This document shows positions 57,231-64,000 of a stretch of 64,000 nucleotides of DNA, one piece after another. The DNA is from Candidatus Marinacidobacterales bacterium (GTDB taxonomy: Bacteria > Acidobacteriota > Vicinamibacteria > Marinacidobacterales > SMYC01). Under the pieces are notes generated by a model. That model was given only the letters and a program-made list of their open reading frames with translations. It was not told the origin of the DNA and made no database searches. The translations under genes and the position numbers were made by a program. How positions within the stretch are numbered: position 1 is the stretch's first letter; the number at the start of each line of letters is the position of its first letter. Location of the stretch: contig OZ250169.1 of NCBI GenBank assembly GCA_965237955.1, positions 6,848,001-6,912,000 of the forward strand, written 5' to 3'.

Positions 57231-58022
57231 ATGGCAAATTCTACTCCGAGACGTGTCGACCTCACCCAGAAGGTTCCCGTCCGGATACGCTCCATCTTCA
57301 ACGCGGGTAAGGGCGCGCTCTTGAACGTGTCGTCCGCAGGGGCCTACGTTGCGACGCCGATGTACCTCCTCCCGCAGGCCAGGGTAAAGCTTCAGATCGT
57401 GCTCCGCAAAGAAAGACGTTGGGTGGAGGCCGAGGCCGTTGTGGTGTGGGAGAATCGCGGCACCGTCGGGCGCCGGGACAACTTGCCGCCGGGCTACGGG
57501 CTACGTTTCGTCGTGTTGCCGAAAGATACCGAGGCGGTTCTCGAAGAGCTTCTCTCGGGAGATGGTCACCTCGCGTCGCCGGAGCCCGCGCCGGTACACG
57601 AGCCGCATGGAGAACCTTCTTCCGGCGACACTCTCGCACCAAAAACATCGGTGCCGCCGCCGCTAGCGGCGAGCTTCGACGCGGAGCCGGAGGGGCCTCC
57701 GTATCGTCTTCGGGGAGAGCACGTCGAAAGACACAATCCGGAAGCGCGGGCGGGCATCTTCGTGCTTTCGTACGATCGCACGCAGGAAGCACGCGTCGGA
57801 CGAGCCGACACCGATCTGCGGTCGGCCATAGCCGGGTTCGAAGGTGAGTACGCGTATTTCTACTGCGAGGCGATCGAGAACCTCGAGGAGCGCTACGCGC
57901 GCGAATGCGAGCTGTTCCACCGGCTCGGCGGCGACCGCGGCCAGCTCGACAACACCGATCATCCCGCCACTCCGGGCACCGAGCTCGACTGCCCCGTCTG
58001 CGTCCACGAAAAAGTCCCCTGA
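57231..58022 (+). CDS. PilZ domain fused to a GIY-YIG-like C-terminal domain
   Basis: NVSSAGA..VVW..GYGLRF PilZ; GIFVL..RVGRAD..ECELFH..LDN..HP..CPVC. Confidence 0.7.
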   Translation: MANSTPRRVDLTQKVPVRIRSIFNAGKGALLNVSSAGAYVATPMYLLPQARVKLQIVLRKERRWVEAEAVVVWENRGTVGRRDNLPPGYGLRFVVLPKDTEAVLEELLSGDGHLASPEPAPVHEPHGEPSSGDTLAPKTSVPPPLAASFDAEPEGPPYRLRGEHVERHNPEARAGIFVLSYDRTQEARVGRADTDLRSAIAGFEGEYAYFYCEAIENLEERYARECELFHRLGGDRGQLDNTDHPATPGTELDCPVCVHEKVP

Positions 58023-58876
58023 CTAGAGCTCGCGGGCGCGGTCTCTCAGCACGTAATTCTGCACTTTGCCCGTGGACGTTTTGGGAAGCTCGCAGAAGAC
58101 GACCGTCTTCGGCGCTTTGAAGTGGGTGAGCCGGTCGCGGCAGAACTCGATGATCTCGTCAGGTTGAACGTCGCCCGCGCCGGGCTTCAACGCGACGAAC
58201 GCGCACGGCGTTTCGCCCCACTTTTCGTCCGGCCGCGCGACGACGGCGGCGTCTTGCACCGATGGGTGTTTGTAGAGAACGCCTTCGACTTCGATGGAAG
58301 AGATATTCTCTCCACCGGAGATGATGATGTCTTTCGAGCGGTCACGGAGCTCGATGTAGCCGTCTGGGTGCACGACGCCTAGATCCCCCGAGTGGAACCA
58401 CCCACCCGCGAACGCTTCTTCCGTCGCTTTCCGGTTTTTCAGATACCCTTTCATCACGACGTTCCCGCGGAACATTACTTCACCCATGGTCTCGCTCTTA
58501 GCGCCTTTCCCACCAGCGGGCTGAACTCACGATCGGTGATCAGGACTTTGGTCTAGGCGTGCTCGAGGATGAACGCGACCGTGTCCGCGTCGAGGCGCGT
58601 GTTGAGTGTGTTCAGGACCGCGCCCGCCATCGGCACGCCGTAGTGCGACTCGAGAATCGCTGGAATGTTGGGGGCGAGGATGCTCACGGTATCGCCTCGC
58701 CCGATGCCCCGTCCGCGAAGGGCGCGCGCAAGACGGCGGCACCGCCGGTAGAGCTCAGCGTAGTCGTAGCGCACGTCGCCATGGACGACGGCGAGGTGAT
58801 CGGGATAGACCGTAGCAGCGCGTTCCAAAAAGTGGATCGGCGTCAGCGTCTGAAAATTCGCTTGTGTTTTTTCCAC
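58023..58876 (-). pseudogene. Acyl-CoA synthetase with nonsense codon and large internal deletion
   Basis: LTPIHFLERA...LNTRLD..ILEHA*...joined out of frame to [41 protein letters not shown]. Confidence 0.88.
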
Positions 58877-59148
58877 TACCCCACCCTAACGCTTTCAATC
58901 CTCGTTGGTTCGCGCATCATACCGCTGCTCGTGTAGGAATCGCACCACGTTCTAGATCACATTCTGACGCTTGGTTTCGTGGCAGACTCCGGGTGTTCCA
59001 CGACAATTGAATCCTCGCGCCAGCGTCTGGTTGGACCAGGCGCCTTCTCCCCAACCGAGTGGTGCCAACTGTGGGCGTTTGTGACGAAGCTTTCGCGGGC
59101 TTCTTCTGGCTCGAGGACGAAAATGAAGCCCGCTAGAAAGACGAAACG

Positions 59149-59847
59149 ATGAATCCACAAATCGTTGCCGCTCTGCGCCGCTTGCAAAAAGAGCGCCGCA
59201 CCGGAGTGTTCAGAACGACGGCTGCACAGGTACGCCGTGAAGTGCGCCTCGAGGCCGGCGCCATCGTCGGCGCGCAATCGTCGTCTCTCGATGACCGACT
59301 CGGCGAAGTCATGGTACGGCGTGGCCGTATCACCCAACAACAACTCGACGACGCGTCCAAGCTCGTGCGCTCGGGCCGCCGTCTGGGCGATGCCCTCGTC
59401 GAGCTCGAGATCGTCGCCCGCGAGGAAGTCGAATTGTTCTTCCGTGCCCAGCTAACCGAGATCACCAGCAAGATCCTGAACGAACCACCGAGAAAGCTCG
59501 AGTTTCGGGACGAGGCCGCACCGGGCAAGTTAACCAATACTCCCGTTCCGATCACGGATGCGATCATCGAAGCCGCTCGCACACCATCGTCGAGCGGCGA
59601 CGACGTGAAACGGCTTCTCGACCAGACCATGGTGCCGGTGCTCACGCCGGAGGCGTACGCGGTGCTCGAATCGTTGAGCCTCCAGTCCCAAGAGGCGTTC
59701 GTGCTGTCGCGTTGCGACGGGCAGAGCGACGTCCGAGGGATCTTCGCCCAAAGCCCGCTGTCCGAAGAAGACACGGCGCGGATCCTGCTCGGCCTCGAGC
59801 ATGCCGGCATCATCGAGATGAAAAACCTCAGCACTGCGGGGCACTAG
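59149..59847 (+). CDS. DUF4388-domain protein
   Basis: RRTGVF...GAIVGAQSS..DDRLGEVMV..RLGDALV...EAFVLSRCDG. Confidence 0.75.
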   Translation: MNPQIVAALRRLQKERRTGVFRTTAAQVRREVRLEAGAIVGAQSSSLDDRLGEVMVRRGRITQQQLDDASKLVRSGRRLGDALVELEIVAREEVELFFRAQLTEITSKILNEPPRKLEFRDEAAPGKLTNTPVPITDAIIEAARTPSSSGDDVKRLLDQTMVPVLTPEAYAVLESLSLQSQEAFVLSRCDGQSDVRGIFAQSPLSEEDTARILLGLEHAGIIEMKNLSTAGH

Positions 59848-59862
59848 CGCTACAATGAGCGC

Positions 59863-61080
59863 ATGCGCACCCTGACCGCATTTGTTGTCATCACCGCGGC
59901 ATCCGTGTCGACGTCGCTCGCTGCCGAGGATTGGCCGCAGTGGCGCGGCTCGAATCGAGACGGTATCTCGCGCGAGACCGGTCTTCTGCAGCAGTGGCCC
60001 CCCGGCGGACCTCGCGCCGTGTGGAAGGCGACCGGGCTCGGCTCGGGCTACTCGACGGTCACGATTGCCGACGGTCGCATCTTCACTCTCGGTGCGGAGC
60101 GGGACGCGGAATACGTCATCGCTCGCGACGTCGCATCAGGAAAAGAGCTGTGGCGGGCACGGAGCGGCCGTCGCTATCGCAACGGTCGGGGCGACGGCCC
60201 GCGAGGTGCTCCGACCGTTGACGGAAATCGGGTCTACGCCCTCGGCGGCAATGGCGATCTCACCGTGCTCGACGTCGTTAGCGGCAAGCATGTTTGGTCG
60301 ATCAACGTGCTCGAAGCGTTCGACGGCCGCAATACTAGCTGGGGCATCAGCGAGTCACCTCTGGTGTTGAAAGATCGCGTGATCGTCAACGCCGGTGGTC
60401 GGCGCGCTTCCATTGTCGCGCTCGACAAGAACGACGGCTCGGCTCTGTGGAAAAGCGAAGGGGACGAAGCTTCTTACTCCTCCGCCGTCGTGGCGACGAT
60501 GCGCGGCGTTCGGCAAGCCGTTTACTTCACTGGTGAGCGGGCGCTCGGCATAAGCGTCGACGACGGCTCCCTGCTGTGGCACTACCGCCGGGTGTCGAAT
60601 CGAACCGCCAACGTGGCGACGCCTATCGTTCGGGGCAACTACGTGTTTCTGTCGTCGGACTATGGCGCGGGCTGCGCGCTTCTCGAGATTCAGGGTGGTC
60701 GCTCCGGAATGTCCGCCCGGGAGATCTACTTCAACCGCGACATGAAGAACCATCACGCGAGCTCCGTGCTCGTCGGCGATACGCTGTACGGGTTCAGCGG
60801 CAGCATTCTGACCGCGCTCGACTTCCGCTCCGGTGAGGTGCTGTGGAAAGACCGAAGCGTGGGTAAAGGATCGCTCATCTACGCGGATACCCACCTCTAC
60901 GTGTTCAGTGAGAACAGTGTTGTCGGCCTCGTCGAAGCCACCCGCGCCGGCTATCGCGAGAAAGGAAGGTTCGAATTGCCGCACTCGGACGAGCACAGCT
61001 GGTCGCACCCCGTCATCGCGGACGGCAAACTCTACCTTCGCGATCAAGACACTCTGTATAGCTTCGATATCCGTCGCTAG
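59863..61080 (+). CDS. Secreted PQQ-like (BamB-type) beta-propeller protein
   Basis: DWPQWRG..RDG, GSGYS, SESPLV, WSHPVIADGKLYLR. Confidence 0.88.
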   Translation: MRTLTAFVVITAASVSTSLAAEDWPQWRGSNRDGISRETGLLQQWPPGGPRAVWKATGLGSGYSTVTIADGRIFTLGAERDAEYVIARDVASGKELWRARSGRRYRNGRGDGPRGAPTVDGNRVYALGGNGDLTVLDVVSGKHVWSINVLEAFDGRNTSWGISESPLVLKDRVIVNAGGRRASIVALDKNDGSALWKSEGDEASYSSAVVATMRGVRQAVYFTGERALGISVDDGSLLWHYRRVSNRTANVATPIVRGNYVFLSSDYGAGCALLEIQGGRSGMSAREIYFNRDMKNHHASSVLVGDTLYGFSGSILTALDFRSGEVLWKDRSVGKGSLIYADTHLYVFSENSVVGLVEATRAGYREKGRFELPHSDEHSWSHPVIADGKLYLRDQDTLYSFDIRR

Positions 61081-61186
61081 TGAGCGGACCCGCTGATCCT
61101 GTCGCTCAGATCCGTCTGCCGACCAGCCCCGTGCCCGACTCCCCTTGCTGATCTTTGCTCTAGATCGTGTTATTTTGTCTACGCCT

Positions 61187-61636
61187 ATGCCGAAACGGTT
61201 GAGCCTCGTTCTACCCGACGCCGACGTCACGGCCATTGCCGTGCTCCTCGAATCGGACGCCCCGAAGACGTGCCAGAGCATCTGGGAGGCTCTGCCGTTC
61301 GAGGGTGTGCTAAACCACGGCATTTGGTCAGGCCCGGAAACGTACTTGATGATCGACCCCTCGATTCGTATCGCGCCCGAGAACCAGACCGTGCAGACGC
61401 AAGCGGGCGAGATCGGTTACTACACCGTCGAAGGCGGCCGGATCGTGGATTGGCCCGACGACATGTCGGAGCTCGCTTTTTTCTACGGCCGCGGCGCCCG
61501 CCCCCGAATGCCGACGGGACCGGTCGCCGTCAATCTCTTCGCTCGCGTCATCGAAAACCTGGAAGGGTTCACGCGTGCATGTGACGAGATTCGCCGCTCG
61601 GGCGTCACGACATTGCGGGTGGAGCGGAGTACGTAA
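61187..61636 (+). CDS. DUF3830 (cyclophilin-like fold) protein
   Basis: APKTC..WEALP..HGIWSGPE..PENQT..ELAFFYG. Confidence 0.8.
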   Translation: MPKRLSLVLPDADVTAIAVLLESDAPKTCQSIWEALPFEGVLNHGIWSGPETYLMIDPSIRIAPENQTVQTQAGEIGYYTVEGGRIVDWPDDMSELAFFYGRGARPRMPTGPVAVNLFARVIENLEGFTRACDEIRRSGVTTLRVERST

Positions 61637-61638
61637 CC

Positions 61639-62589
61639 GTGCGTCTCGTCACCGAGCAGAAGCTCCGCGAGCTTGTTCATGAAGACGAGTCGCTCCGGGC
61701 CGTGGAGGACGCGTTCCGAGCCCTCGCCGAAGACCGGGTGGAACAGCCACCTCCGATGGCGTTCGACTTCCCGGAAGCGTCGGGCGAGGTGCATGTGAAA
61801 GGCGCCGCGATTCGAGGCTCGCCGATCTTCGCCGTGAAGATTGCGTCGGGCTTCTATCGTAACCCCGAGCAAAACCTGCCGGCGAGCTCGGGGCTCGTCC
61901 TCGTGCTCGACCAGACGACCGGCTTCCCTCTCGCGCTTCTTCAAGACAACGCGTACCTCACCGAGATGCGTACCGCGGCAGCGGGGGCACTCGCCGCGCG
62001 GTTATTGGCGCACGAGACCATCGAAAAGATGGCGGTCCTCGGAGCTGGCGCGCAGGCACGTTATCAACTACGCGCGATCCGGCGCGTCCGTGACGTCGAA
62101 AACGTCGTCGCCTGGAGCCCGACGCCCGCACGCAGAGAGCTCTATTGCCGCGAGATGGAAAGCGAGCTCGGCCTCCGGTGCACGCCCGCGGACACCGCTC
62201 GGGACGCCGTCGACGATGCCGGCCTCGTGCTGTCGGTAACAACGGCGCGCTCTCCGATCGTCCATGCGGATGCGGTCTCGAAAAGCTCCACCATCATCGC
62301 AGTCGGCTCCGACGGACCCGACAAGCAGGAGCTCGATGCGAAGATTCTCAACCAGGCCGGCAAAGTCGTCGTCGACCGCTTGTCGCAATGCGTGCGGCTC
62401 GGCGAAGTGCACCACGCGATCGAGGCGGGACTGATGGGCGAAGAGGACGTCTACGCCGAACTCGGCGACGTCCTTACCGGAAAGAAGCCGGGTCGAGAAG
62501 GCGACGAGCTCATCGTCTGCGATCTCACCGGTGTCGGTGTGCAGGACGCCGCTATTGCCGAGCTCGCATGGAACGCGCTAGAGCGCTAG
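61639..62589 (+). CDS. Ornithine cyclodeaminase/mu-crystallin family protein
   Basis: HVKG, KIASGF..N, LTEMRTAAAG, GAGAQA, DLTGVGVQD. Confidence 0.9.
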   Translation: MRLVTEQKLRELVHEDESLRAVEDAFRALAEDRVEQPPPMAFDFPEASGEVHVKGAAIRGSPIFAVKIASGFYRNPEQNLPASSGLVLVLDQTTGFPLALLQDNAYLTEMRTAAAGALAARLLAHETIEKMAVLGAGAQARYQLRAIRRVRDVENVVAWSPTPARRELYCREMESELGLRCTPADTARDAVDDAGLVLSVTTARSPIVHADAVSKSSTIIAVGSDGPDKQELDAKILNQAGKVVVDRLSQCVRLGEVHHAIEAGLMGEEDVYAELGDVLTGKKPGREGDELIVCDLTGVGVQDAAIAELAWNALER

Positions 62590-63977
62590 CGATCGTTCCG
62601 GCCCAGCAGCCCTTTGCGCCTAAAATAGAGCACCTGGATCAACACGATGAGCGCCATCACGCCGATGACCCCGGCATAGCCGAGCGGCGTGTAGAGCTCG
62701 GGCATGTTGTAGGGGTGCACCATCTCTCCTGCAGGCGCATACGCCTGGAAGTTCATTCCGTAGAAGCCGGTGATGAGCGCGAGCGGCAGTACGATGACAG
62801 AGACGATAGTGAGTACGTTCATGAACTGGCTGATGCGATAGGTTTCCTTCTCGCCCAGCGTCTGCGCCAGCTCCTTCACCGACTGAATCTCTTTTTCCAG
62901 CCCGTCGACGATGAGGTTCGCATCGTTGACTCGATTGCGGATCTTCGCGACTTCGTCCCCGAGCCTCAGAGCGTTCATCAGGTCCTCTTCTTCGGGCAAG
63001 CTCTCGTTGCGCATCGCCGGGAGGATCTCGTCGCCTTTAGCCGCGGCTCTTTTGACGTACGCAAGGATGGTGTCGAACATCGAGATATCACCGGAGAGCT
63101 CGCTGATGGTGTCTTGAATCTCCATGATGCTCCCGATGCCCTCGGACCGGATCACCTCCTTCACCTTCGACAACCGATCCCACGTCATCCACATTCGGGA
63201 GAAAGTATTCGTGAGAAACGACTGGATGCCCTCGGCGAAACAGTAGAGCTCGAGAACGCGCCGGTACCGCTCGGCGTCTTTCGAGATGAACACCGCTCCG
63301 TTGGTACCGGCGATGAGCTTGCTGCCGTCTTTCAACGTGAGTGCATCGTTTCCGAACGGCCTCCCTACAATCTGGCTGAGCTCGGCGCGATACGCCGGAT
63401 CGTCGAGATAGACCTCGACGTCGTGCTCGGGGATGAGCTCATCTGCCAGAATCAGGACGTATTTGTCCCGCTGACTCGCTTGGTCGCAGTAAACGAGATC
63501 CAAAAGCCGCCGCTGGAAGTTGTTCAAGAGCGTGTTCATCAGCGAAGACGTATCCTCGACCAGGTCCGCAAGAACCAAGGCGAGATCGTCCAGGCTGTGC
63601 CGCTCGGTGTTTCCGTTGGTTTCGAGAAGCTCCAGATCGCACGTCACCACGCCACCTTCGCCCACTCGCGTCGTGAACCGTTCGACTTGGTGATTTCCGC
63701 CCGTCGCCTTGTAATGCACTTCGGCTTGGAACGCGACCCATTCACCGTCTTTCCCATCGACCGGCGTGACTTTCGTCTCGGGCTCGTCGAACTCGACGGT
63801 CGCCGTTTCCGGATCGTCGTCGATGAACGCGGTGAGCAAGCACTCGCCCCACTTGTCGTGGGCCTCTAGCTTCTCTTCGAGGAGAATGAGATTGTTGGTG
63901 CCGAACGGGATCCACTCGGCGAGCGTGACCTTCGGGTTCGATCCGAGGAACAAGAGATTTTTGTGCTCGTGGCTCAC
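62586..63977 (-). CDS. CorA-like divalent cation transporter with atypical N-terminal region
   Basis: LTIVSVIVLPLALITGFYGMNF...MPEL...YFRRKG. Confidence 0.75.
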   Translation of the reverse strand: MSHEHKNLLFLGSNPKVTLAEWIPFGTNNLILLEEKLEAHDKWGECLLTAFIDDDPETATVEFDEPETKVTPVDGKDGEWVAFQAEVHYKATGGNHQVERFTTRVGEGGVVTCDLELLETNGNTERHSLDDLALVLADLVEDTSSLMNTLLNNFQRRLLDLVYCDQASQRDKYVLILADELIPEHDVEVYLDDPAYRAELSQIVGRPFGNDALTLKDGSKLIAGTNGAVFISKDAERYRRVLELYCFAEGIQSFLTNTFSRMWMTWDRLSKVKEVIRSEGIGSIMEIQDTISELSGDISMFDTILAYVKRAAAKGDEILPAMRNESLPEEEDLMNALRLGDEVAKIRNRVNDANLIVDGLEKEIQSVKELAQTLGEKETYRISQFMNVLTIVSVIVLPLALITGFYGMNFQAYAPAGEMVHPYNMPELYTPLGYAGVIGVMALIVLIQVLYFRRKGLLGRNDR

Positions 63978-64000
63978 CCAACTCCTCCCGGTGACGTTGG

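Overview
GC-rich bacterial chromosomal window. The gene content (two DUF4388 proteins, DUF4097, DUF2959, 'MIGTT/MTLAPGTKLG'-type kinase stubs, Na+-coupled transporters) suggests a marine Acidobacteriota-like organism; this is inference only. The first ~12 kb is accessory: an IS21 inserted inside an ISAzo13 element, two MITEs with target duplications (one truncating a HAD gene), an ATP-dependent DNA ligase, a complete ISL3 (8-bp TSD, nonsense-inactivated transposase) with a ~320-nt doubly hairpinned leader, and toxin-antitoxin genes. The rest is mostly housekeeping: an M36 protease with exactly ten 94-aa Ig/FN3-like repeats, Na+-pyrophosphatase, amino-acid transporters, a complex I-like operon nuoABCD-HIJK-N plus 7Fe ferredoxin that lacks both nuoEFG and nuoLM, icd, maeB, namZ, a prolyl oligopeptidase with one nonsense codon, CIRCE-controlled hsp20-groES-groEL, a PilZ/GIY-YIG-like fusion and a CorA-like protein. 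Many genes are reduced to deletion scars, often next to palindromic repeats. Best candidates for novelty: the single-antiporter complex I, the structured ISL3 leader and the PilZ-GIY-YIG-like fusion. No rRNA, tRNA or CRISPR array was seen. Family calls are by motif recognition; no database searches were run.
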